Source: Myxococcales bacterium
Lineage (GTDB): Bacteria > Myxococcota_A > Polyangia > Fen-1088
Reading direction: 5' to 3'
DNA: 64,000 nucleotides
Assembly (NCBI GenBank): GCA_003142855.1
Contig: PLNW01000092.1
Location: forward strand, 11,826 to 75,825
Shown: positions 42,747 through 50,374 of the stretch, piece after piece
Numbering within the stretch: position 1 is the stretch's first letter
Layout of the letters: each line of letters begins with the position of its first letter
Notes under the pieces: generated by a model
Told to the model about the DNA's origin: nothing
The model's input: the letters and a program-made list of their open reading frames with translations, nothing else
The model's database searches: none
Translations under genes and position numbers: made by a program

Positions 42747-44056
42747 GGCCTTCGGCGAAGCGCCCTCGCTGCGCCGGCGTAGGTTCCGGCGGGAAAGCGC
42801 CGCAGGTAATCGTCGGCGACCGTCTGGGCCGCAGCAACTCCCATCAATTCTTGCGTCACGATCATTTTTCGCCCCAGCGCCTCAGAAGCATAGGCTCCGG
42901 AAGGAGCCTCTTCAAGATAGCGTTCGTACCATGACAGCGCCTTGCGCCCGCTGCCATCGCGCACCTCTTCCAGACGCCCAAGGAGAAAAGCCGCGTCGAG
43001 CGCGCGCGCCGAGCCCGGGAAGCGACTGCGTTGGGTCAACAGCGCCTGTTTGGCGATGCTGTCCCGTCGGCGGTAACGAGCCGCATCGGCCAAGGCCGAG
43101 AGATCCTCGCCCGAGGCTTCAGCCAGGCAACGCTCCAGCCCGCGCCGCTCCACATCTTTGAGGATCGAATCCAGGTCTCCAGCCACCAGGGCCGCCGTCC
43201 AGCTGCGAGGCCAGGCAACGGCACTGCGCGCATGAAGGCTCGGACGCGGGCCAGTCGCATCGCCCGCGCCGTCGCCACCACGCTCGCCGTCAAGACCTGG
43301 CTTGCCTAGCCCGAGCTCGGGCTCAGGCGAAACCGAGGCACTGCCAGCAGACGAAACCGCAGTGCCATCCATCTCTCGCAAGACCACTTCTCGCTTGGGG
43401 AGGTTGATGGCCAAGCGCTGGCCCGCGCCCACGGTGATGGCGCCCTCGGAAAGCGGCCCGGTGACCGAAACCATCCCCTGCTCCATGCGAAGATCGAGCT
43501 GCTCGCCCGTGGCATCCCAGGCGACGGTGAAGGTCGTTCCTTTCACCGTGATGAGAAAGGGTCCTGCATCGACCAGCCAGTGCGCGCCTGGACGGTGCGC
43601 GACTTTGACCGATGCTGTGCCCCGCTCGATGGCGAAGCGAGCGCCGCTGGCGTCGACCGAGCGCAAGCGGCCGCGCGCACCAGCGAGAAACTCCAGCTCG
43701 CTCCCCTCGGCGAATCGCAGTCTCACGCCCGCACTGCCCAACGAGCGCAGGTATCCTCCGTCGACGATCTCGCCTCCTTCAACCTGGTAGGCCAGGCTGG
43801 TCGCCTGTGGCACCGCCATTCGCGCGCCCGAGATAACCCACAGCAAGGCACAAGCAACCGCACCCACGCCCACGCCCACGAATGACAGTCTGAGCAGACG
43901 GACCCGCTGGCGTTGGCGCCCCGCAAGCCGCGCCCTCACGAGGTCGAGCCCGCTCTCGCTCTGCGCGGGAGTCATGGGCGCGATCGCCGATCGAACAAAC
44001 TCGGCCGCCCGCTCGACTGGGACCGGCACCATCCCGCTATTCCCTTCACGCTCCAT
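42743..44056 (-). CDS. FecR-domain anti-sigma factor-like protein with a helical-repeat C-terminus
   Basis: 437 aa with a single TM segment (LSFVGVGVGAVACALLWVI). The FecR-type beta-rich segment reads ..RFAIERGTASVKVAHRPGAHWLVDAGPFLITVKGTTFTVAWD..RMEQGMVSVTG. It overlaps the sigma gene by 11 nt. Confidence 0.75.
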   Translation of the reverse strand: MEREGNSGMVPVPVERAAEFVRSAIAPMTPAQSESGLDLVRARLAGRQRQRVRLLRLSFVGVGVGAVACALLWVISGARMAVPQATSLAYQVEGGEIVDGGYLRSLGSAGVRLRFAEGSELEFLAGARGRLRSVDASGARFAIERGTASVKVAHRPGAHWLVDAGPFLITVKGTTFTVAWDATGEQLDLRMEQGMVSVTGPLSEGAITVGAGQRLAINLPKREVVLREMDGTAVSSAGSASVSPEPELGLGKPGLDGERGGDGAGDATGPRPSLHARSAVAWPRSWTAALVAGDLDSILKDVERRGLERCLAEASGEDLSALADAARYRRRDSIAKQALLTQRSRFPGSARALDAAFLLGRLEEVRDGSGRKALSWYERYLEEAPSGAYASEALGRKMIVTQELMGVAAAQTVADDYLRRFPAGTYAGAARALRRRP

Positions 44057-44753
44057 AGGGCCCTTGCCTTTCCTCGAAAAAGCCAGCCAGATCCCTGTCG
44101 CTCGCGATCCAGCGTGTCACATCGACAACCGCCCGGGCATGGGCGCGCTTGACCGTCGACAATGAGATCTCCATGGCCGTGGCGATCTCGGCAAAGGTCA
44201 TCGACTCCAGGTGACGCAGCGAAAAGACCAGGCGCTCGCGCGTCCCAAGCTCGTCCAGGATTTTGTAAAAGCGACGAAGGATGTCCCGCGCTTCGGGATC
44301 GGCCTCGCCGGATGGGGTATCCGGCAGCTCTTTGGGTTCGAAGAGGGCGAGCCAGCGGCCGGCTCGCTTGCGACGGAGATCCCACTTCAAGATTCGGATC
44401 GCAAACGAAACGATGAAGCTGCGCAGGGCCTCAGGCTTGCAAAGGGTCTTCACGCGGGCGAACAGCCGATAGAACACCTCCTGCGTGATGTCCTCGGCTT
44501 CGTCCTGGTTGCCCAGAGAGCGGCTGGCCATGTTGAAGACCAGAGGCGCGAATCGGTTCCAGGTCGCCGCGTGGGCCCACGGCTCGCCCGCCATGAGCGC
44601 CCGGGCCAGGTCAGCATCGTCAGCATCCGGACCCTGACGCCCAGGCGGCACGATATAGAGCGGCACCCGTTTGCGTCCGGCAGACATGTGCGGCCTCGCG
44701 TCCGTCCTTTCCATGTTCAACAGTAGCAGATCGAAGCGGCAGCGGGTCACCAC
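44046..44753 (-). CDS. ECF-type RNA polymerase sigma-70 family factor
   Basis: Region 2 reads DEAEDITQEVFYRLF. Region 4 reads RERLVFSLRHLESMTFAEIATAMEISLSTVKRAHARA. The true start is probably an internal Met (MERTD.. or MSAGRK.., about 44687-44714). Confidence 0.85.
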   Translation of the reverse strand: MVTRCRFDLLLLNMERTDARPHMSAGRKRVPLYIVPPGRQGPDADDADLARALMAGEPWAHAATWNRFAPLVFNMASRSLGNQDEAEDITQEVFYRLFARVKTLCKPEALRSFIVSFAIRILKWDLRRKRAGRWLALFEPKELPDTPSGEADPEARDILRRFYKILDELGTRERLVFSLRHLESMTFAEIATAMEISLSTVKRAHARAVVDVTRWIASDRDLAGFFEERQGPYGA

Positions 44754-44880
44754 ATATACCGCGCAGCGCTGTCACAACGAGACTTCGACATGATTCCAGC
44801 TTAGGTGGAAGAGACCACATCAGGGCTTGGAGCCAACGCCCAGCCGTGCAAATATGGCGTCCGCGCTGGAGGAACCCACG

Positions 44881-45576
44881 ATGCGAAAGACTCTCGGCCT
44901 CTGCTTCCTTGCCCTCACCCTGACCGCCGCAACGGCGCACGCCCAGGGTCTCTTCCTTGAAAAAGGGGAGCCCGGCACAAGCGCCGCAGTTGGTGGCGCC
45001 GCCATAGGGACCGGGTGGAGTGCGTCTGTTGTCCCCAGTTACACCTACCGGGGCATGTTTGACGTGGGAGTCGACCTTACCTGGTATGGGTACAACAACA
45101 GCAACAGCGATGCGAGCAAGCTCTCAGCCATCGGCGCGATGCCGTTTGTGAACGTCTACTTTATCCGCGCCGGGGATGACACGGCCAAGATCGCGTTGCC
45201 AGTGTCGGTATCGGGCACTCTCGGGGTCGAGAAGCGAATCTTCATGGGCAATGGTTCGGAGCCCAATCCTGACGGATGGGGCCTGCTGCTGGGCGGTTCC
45301 CTCTTCAGGCGCATGGACTTCACCAACACTTTCGCCGGCATTCCAGAGATATTCCTCGCGTACGACCTGCAAGCCACTACCTGGCACAGCGCCGCGGATG
45401 GGGCCAATGCCGCCGTTCACAATCAGGGCGAGACAACCGACTACCAGCACAAGGTGCGCATGTTTTTCCGCCCCAACATGGCTTTCAGGAGCGACAAGAT
45501 TTTGTACACAATTGTCCCCTACGTGGGCTACCAGGCCGGCTTTGCCGTCGGCGCCAACCTGGGCGCCATCTTCTAG
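44881..45576 (+). CDS. Putative small outer-membrane beta-barrel protein
   Basis: ATG 44881 is preceded by GGAGGA. The signal peptide is MRKTLGLCFLALTLTAATAHAQG. Alternating hydrophobic strands end in a C-terminal ..GANLGAIF, where a terminal Phe is typical of OMPs. Confidence 0.55.
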   Translation: MRKTLGLCFLALTLTAATAHAQGLFLEKGEPGTSAAVGGAAIGTGWSASVVPSYTYRGMFDVGVDLTWYGYNNSNSDASKLSAIGAMPFVNVYFIRAGDDTAKIALPVSVSGTLGVEKRIFMGNGSEPNPDGWGLLLGGSLFRRMDFTNTFAGIPEIFLAYDLQATTWHSAADGANAAVHNQGETTDYQHKVRMFFRPNMAFRSDKILYTIVPYVGYQAGFAVGANLGAIF

Positions 45577-45665
45577 CGACAGTTCTGGCGCGAGGCGCCC
45601 GGCAAGCTAAACTGTTCGCAAGAAAGAAGAAACCGTCTAGCTTTCACGTCTAAGACACGAGTCCC

Positions 45666-47327
45666 GTGAGTACTTCCGCACGCCTCGAAGACAATATTGG
45701 CTTCGCCTGTACCGACCTGCAGTGCCGGCTAGGACGCGAGTCCGCGGTGGCCGTGCGCTGGCTGGGTTCAGATGGGGAGCGGACTGATCTCACCTTCGGA
45801 CAGCTCGCCGTCGAGAGCACCCGGTTTGCAGCCGTGCTGACCAAGCTGGGCGTGGCACCCGGGGCGCGCGTCTTCATCATGTTGCCCAAGCTGCCCGAGG
45901 TGTTCATCGCCTTTCTGGGTGGCCTGAAGGCGCGCGCCGTGATGGGCCCCTTGTTCGCCAACTTTGGCGACGAGGCGCTCTTGGATCGATTGGGCGATTC
46001 ACACGCGTGCGTCTTGCTCACCAAGCACAGCTTGCTCAAGAAGGTTCACCGCATCCGCGACCGGCTGCCCGACCTGCGCCATGTCCTGCTGGTGGATGCT
46101 GACGACCACCTGTCCCCCGACGTCCTCAGCTATCGCCGCCTCATGCGCGAGGCCTCGACCGATTTCGCGGTGGCGCCCACTCCGCCGGAAACGCCGTCGC
46201 TCCTGCACTACACCTCCGGCTCGACGGGGAAGCCCAAAGGCGTGTTGCACGTGCACGGGGCCTTGCCCAGCATCGTGAAGACGACCCGCGATGTCCTGGG
46301 CGTGGGACCGGGCGACATCTTTTGGTGCACGGCCGACGCGGGCTGGGTAACAGGGACGTCCTATGGAATCATCGGGCCCTGGGCCGTGGGCGCTACGCAG
46401 GTGCACTACGGCGGCAGCTTCGACGCCGGCGCGTGGATGACCATCCTCGAGCAGGAACGGGTCAACGTCTGGTACACAGCCCCGACTGCTCTGCGCATGC
46501 TCATGCGTGAAGAGGCATCGTTGTACACAAGTCGGCGCCTCGAAGCCCTGCGCTGCGCTGCCAGCGTGGGCGAGCCGCTCAACCCCGAGATCACCTTCTG
46601 GGCTCGCCGGACCCTGGGCAAGGAGATTCACGACACCTGGTTCCAGACTGAGACCGGCGCCATCATGATCGCCAACCGCCCCGGGCTGGCGGTGCGTCCC
46701 GGCTCCATGGGCAAGATGGTGGACGGCGTCGAGGCGGTCATCTTGGACAGCGCGGGGCACTCCCTGCCCGCTGGACAGCAGGGTCGACTGTGCCTGCGTC
46801 GCGGCTGGTCCTCCATGTTCGCTCAGTACCTCAACCGCCCCGATGTCTACGCCAGCCGGTTCCACGGCGAATACTACGACTCGGGCGACATGGCGGTGCG
46901 GGACGCCGATGGCTATTTCTGGTTTGTGGGCCGCACCGACGATGTGATCAACACCTCGGGCCACTTGGTGGGCCCGTTCGAAATCGAAAGTGTCTTGATG
47001 GAGTTGCCCGAGGTGGCCGAAGCAGCCGCGGTGAGCGCGCCCGACCCCATCCGCTTCGAAAAGGTCGTGGTCTTCGTCTGCCTGCGCCCGGGGCAGTCCC
47101 CTTCGCGCGAGCTGCAGAGCCGCATTCGCCTGCACGTGGCGAACCGCGTGTCGTCGGTGGCCAGCCCCCAGGACGTGGTGTTCGTGACCAGCTTGCCCAG
47201 AAACCGCAGCGGCAAGATCATGCGGCGGGTTCTGCGCGCGCGTTTCTTGGGCCAGGACGAGGGCGACCTGTCCAGCATGGAAACCTGGCACCCGGGCGAG
47301 TTCGGCGACCGGCGCGAGCGAGTCTAG
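45666..47327 (+). CDS. AMP-forming acyl-CoA synthetase (acetyl-CoA synthetase-like)
   Basis: 553 aa. It has the AMP-binding motif LHYTSGSTGKPKGV, then ..YGIIGPW.., ..TWFQTETG.., ..YDSGDMAVRDADGYFWFVGRTDDVIN.. and ..LPRNRSGKIMRR. Confidence 0.85.
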   Translation: MSTSARLEDNIGFACTDLQCRLGRESAVAVRWLGSDGERTDLTFGQLAVESTRFAAVLTKLGVAPGARVFIMLPKLPEVFIAFLGGLKARAVMGPLFANFGDEALLDRLGDSHACVLLTKHSLLKKVHRIRDRLPDLRHVLLVDADDHLSPDVLSYRRLMREASTDFAVAPTPPETPSLLHYTSGSTGKPKGVLHVHGALPSIVKTTRDVLGVGPGDIFWCTADAGWVTGTSYGIIGPWAVGATQVHYGGSFDAGAWMTILEQERVNVWYTAPTALRMLMREEASLYTSRRLEALRCAASVGEPLNPEITFWARRTLGKEIHDTWFQTETGAIMIANRPGLAVRPGSMGKMVDGVEAVILDSAGHSLPAGQQGRLCLRRGWSSMFAQYLNRPDVYASRFHGEYYDSGDMAVRDADGYFWFVGRTDDVINTSGHLVGPFEIESVLMELPEVAEAAAVSAPDPIRFEKVVVFVCLRPGQSPSRELQSRIRLHVANRVSSVASPQDVVFVTSLPRNRSGKIMRRVLRARFLGQDEGDLSSMETWHPGEFGDRRERV

Positions 47328-47371
47328 CGCGATTATTCCGAGGCTTGTGCTTTCATGGCTCCGCGCCGCCA

Positions 47372-49339
47372 ATGAAGAACCTCTATCTCCGGTACCACGT
47401 TCCGCTGCACGTCGCTGTGCTGACGGCGGTCGTGTTTGCCGTGTTCTCCAACAACTACCGGCACGACTATCCGCTCGATAGCGGTCATCTCCTGCTGGAG
47501 AACTCCTACGTCCGCAGTCTGAGATTCATTCCGCAGTATTTTCTCGACGGCCGCACCCTCACCAGCCTGCCGGCCAATGCCGACTACCGGCCGGTGCTGC
47601 AGGTCACCCACGCCCTCAACTATGCCATCAGCGGATACGACACCTGGTCGTGGCACCTGACGCAAGTCCTTCTTCACCTGGTGTGCGTGCTGGGGCTGTA
47701 CTTCCTGTGCCGTCGCATTCTGCAGCAGTTCCATCCCGACTTGCCGTTTCTTGAACACGCCACCATCCCCCTCATCGCGGCGCTGCTGTTTGCCGTGCAC
47801 CCGACCACCTCGGGCGTGATCAACTACCTTTCGGCACGCTCGTCACTGCTCACCGCCGCGTTTCTGCTTCCCTCGATGGTGCTGTACACGCGGCCCCGGC
47901 ATCACGATTCATCGGCGAATTTTCCGGTCGCCGCGGCCATCCTCTACGCACTCGCGCTGTTCACGAAGATCGAGGCCATCGGCGCTTTGGCCGTGTATTT
48001 TTTCTACGATGTCGTGCACACGGCCCGACGACGGGCGGGCAGCACAGCGGATGTCGTGCACGGCGGCCTGCTGCGCGACATCGCGGCCACCTGCAACCGC
48101 GCGACGTTGAAGCGGTTATGGGTCTTCGTCGCGATCACGGGTCTCTATCTTGTGTGCTACCGGCACGCCATGGCTGGCTACCACCAGGCGGCCCGGCACG
48201 CAGCCGACATGACCCCGGCGGTGTATCTCTTCACCCAGACCACAGCCTGGTGGCACTATGTGCTGAACTGGTTCGCGCCGGTACGGCTGGTGGCCGACGA
48301 CCTGACCTATCCGGTGTTCCGATCCTTGTGGGCGCCCGAAGTGCTGCTGGCCATAGCCGGCTGGGTGCTGGCGGCCGGGCTCATCACCTGGTGGTACCCG
48401 CGCTACGCCTATCTCGCCCTTGCCGCGCTCTCGGCGCTCGCCCTCATCTCGCCGACCTCCTCAATCATGCCGCTGGCCGAGATGGTGAACGAGCACCGGC
48501 CCTACCTGCCGCTGGCCGTCCTGTCGCTCACCTGGATCATTCCCGCTTCGCTTTTCGCATTCCGCGTCGGCCGCTCGAGCGCCGTGGTGCGCGCTTTCGC
48601 CGCCACCGGCCTGATCGTCCTGGCGGCCGCGTTTTTCCTGCTGACGTTCCAGCGCAACCAGGTGTTTGCCAACGAAGAATCCTACTACCGCGACATCATG
48701 CAGAAGGCCCCCTCGTCGCGCGCCTACGTCAACTACGGGCTGACCTTCATGCGCCGGGGGCAATACGACGAGGCGCTCAAGTACTATCGGCTGGCGCTGG
48801 AGCAGGCGCCCAACTGGCACATCATCCACATCAACCTGGGCATCGTTTATCAGCAACTGGGCAACTGGGACCAGGCCCGATATCACTTCGACCGGGCGGT
48901 ACAAACCGAGCAGTATTCGGCCCAGGCGCTGGCGTATCGCGGCGAGTACTTCCTCAAGCGAAAAGACTATGCAGCTGCGCTGCAGGATTTCGCAAAGAGC
49001 ATTCCGCTGAGCCGGGAGATGTTCGCCATCTACCAAGGGATGGCGACCGCATCCGCCGGACTTGGCGACTGGACCGCGAGCATCGAGTATACGGTCCTGT
49101 GCCACGCGCTCGACCCGCAGCAGACCGAAGCGCAGATCGTCTCCATCGCGACGCCGTTCTGGGAGCGACCCCAGCGGTATCAGGCTGGCCTCAACTATTT
49201 CCAACAAGTCGACAGGCTCTATCCGGGTCGGTGGTGGGTGCAGCAAAACATCGGTGATCTGGCCCTGAAGCTAGGCCAGCAAGCGCTTGCCGATCAATCG
49301 TTTGCCGAGGCGAAACGACTCAAGGAAGGCGGTAAATGA
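47372..49339 (+). CDS. Polytopic membrane protein with C-terminal TPR repeats (TMTC/PMT-like GT-C candidate)
   Basis: Start ATG 47372 (MKNLYLRYHVPLHVAVLTAVVFAVF). The 46790 upstream extension overlaps the acyl-CoA synthetase gene and is rejected. About 10 TM segments are followed by TPR units (..AYVNYGLTFMRRGQYDEALKYYRLALEQAPNW..NLGIVYQQLGNWDQARYHFDRAV..). Confidence 0.75.
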   Translation: MKNLYLRYHVPLHVAVLTAVVFAVFSNNYRHDYPLDSGHLLLENSYVRSLRFIPQYFLDGRTLTSLPANADYRPVLQVTHALNYAISGYDTWSWHLTQVLLHLVCVLGLYFLCRRILQQFHPDLPFLEHATIPLIAALLFAVHPTTSGVINYLSARSSLLTAAFLLPSMVLYTRPRHHDSSANFPVAAAILYALALFTKIEAIGALAVYFFYDVVHTARRRAGSTADVVHGGLLRDIAATCNRATLKRLWVFVAITGLYLVCYRHAMAGYHQAARHAADMTPAVYLFTQTTAWWHYVLNWFAPVRLVADDLTYPVFRSLWAPEVLLAIAGWVLAAGLITWWYPRYAYLALAALSALALISPTSSIMPLAEMVNEHRPYLPLAVLSLTWIIPASLFAFRVGRSSAVVRAFAATGLIVLAAAFFLLTFQRNQVFANEESYYRDIMQKAPSSRAYVNYGLTFMRRGQYDEALKYYRLALEQAPNWHIIHINLGIVYQQLGNWDQARYHFDRAVQTEQYSAQALAYRGEYFLKRKDYAAALQDFAKSIPLSREMFAIYQGMATASAGLGDWTASIEYTVLCHALDPQQTEAQIVSIATPFWERPQRYQAGLNYFQQVDRLYPGRWWVQQNIGDLALKLGQQALADQSFAEAKRLKEGGK

Positions 49340-49436
49340 CTGACCCGCCGAACTCCCGCGCATTTTCGCTTTGCTTGTGCGCCCCGACGCGCTATCACTA
49401 AGCAGGTCGAAACAGGACTAGCGGAGGCCTCTTTTC

Positions 49437-50372
49437 ATGCATCGAAAAAAGATCGCACTCATCGGCGCGGGAAACATTGGTGGCGAGCTCGCGGCCCAGG
49501 CAGCCCGACTCGAGCTGGGCGACGTCTATCTGTTCGACATCCCGGACAAGTTGGGCATCGCCCAGGGCAAGGCCCTGGACCTGGAGCAGAACGGCTCCAT
49601 CCTGGGCTACGACGTGCGCATCAAGGGGACGTCCAACTGGGACGATCTGGCGGGCAGTGACGTGGCCATCGTGACCGCGGGCATCCCGCGCAAGCCCGGC
49701 ATGTCGCGCAACGATCTGCTGGGGGTCAACCTGCGCATCATTCGCAGCGTGGCCGAGAACCTCAAGGTGCAAGCCCCGGATTGCTTCGTCATCGTGATTT
49801 CCAATCCACTCGACGCCATGGTGCACGAGATGAAGCGGGCCACCGAGTTTCCTCCTGAACGTGTAGTGGGCATGGCAGGCCAGCTCGATTCAGCACGTTT
49901 TCAGCTCTTCTTGGCGCGTGAGGCAGGCGTGGCCGTCAAGGACGTGCGCGCCATGGTGCTGGGCGGTCACGGTGAAACCATGGTTCCCGTGCTCACCTAC
50001 TGCACCATCAACGGCATCCCGGTCCGCCAGCTCATCCCGCAGAACCGGCTGGACGCAATCATCCAGCGCACGCGCGACAGCGGTGCCGAAGTGGTCAAGC
50101 TCATGGGTTCGAGCGCCTACTACGCCCCTGCTTCAGCGGCCGTTCAACTGGCGCGTTCCTACCTCTACGACGAAAAGCGCCTGCTTCCCTGCGCAGCGTA
50201 CTTGCGGGGCGAATATGGCGTACACGACGTCTACATGGGCGTACCCGCGGTCATCGGCGGCCAGGGGGTGGAGAAGATAGTGGTCATCGAACTCGACGCC
50301 ACCGAGCGCCAGATGTTGGAGAATTCGGTGCAGGGGGTGCGTGACCTCATCGCCGCGGCCGAGAGCTTGTAG
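49437..50372 (+). CDS. mdh: Malate dehydrogenase (LDH-like MDH family)
   Basis: 311 aa. It reads KIALIGAGNIGG...DIPDKLGIAQGKALD...VTAGIPRKPGMSRNDLL...ISNPLDAMV...GGHGETMVP. Confidence 0.92.
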   Translation: MHRKKIALIGAGNIGGELAAQAARLELGDVYLFDIPDKLGIAQGKALDLEQNGSILGYDVRIKGTSNWDDLAGSDVAIVTAGIPRKPGMSRNDLLGVNLRIIRSVAENLKVQAPDCFVIVISNPLDAMVHEMKRATEFPPERVVGMAGQLDSARFQLFLAREAGVAVKDVRAMVLGGHGETMVPVLTYCTINGIPVRQLIPQNRLDAIIQRTRDSGAEVVKLMGSSAYYAPASAAVQLARSYLYDEKRLLPCAAYLRGEYGVHDVYMGVPAVIGGQGVEKIVVIELDATERQMLENSVQGVRDLIAAAESL

Positions 50373-50374
50373 CG

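Noticed and set aside
44754-44880. ECF-type autoregulatory promoter (GGAAC-N16/17-CGT) upstream of the sigma factor gene.
   Set aside because: The only candidate is GGAAT...CGTT on the minus strand, with about 13-nt spacing, which is too short for the consensus. I do not call a promoter.
46790-47371. N-terminal 194-codon extension of the membrane/TPR ORF overlapping the acyl-CoA synthetase gene.
   Set aside because: The extension is Arg/Pro/Gly-rich and out of character, and it overlaps a strongly supported CDS. ATG 47372 begins a sensible MKNLYLRYH..TM segment 45 nt after the synthetase stop.
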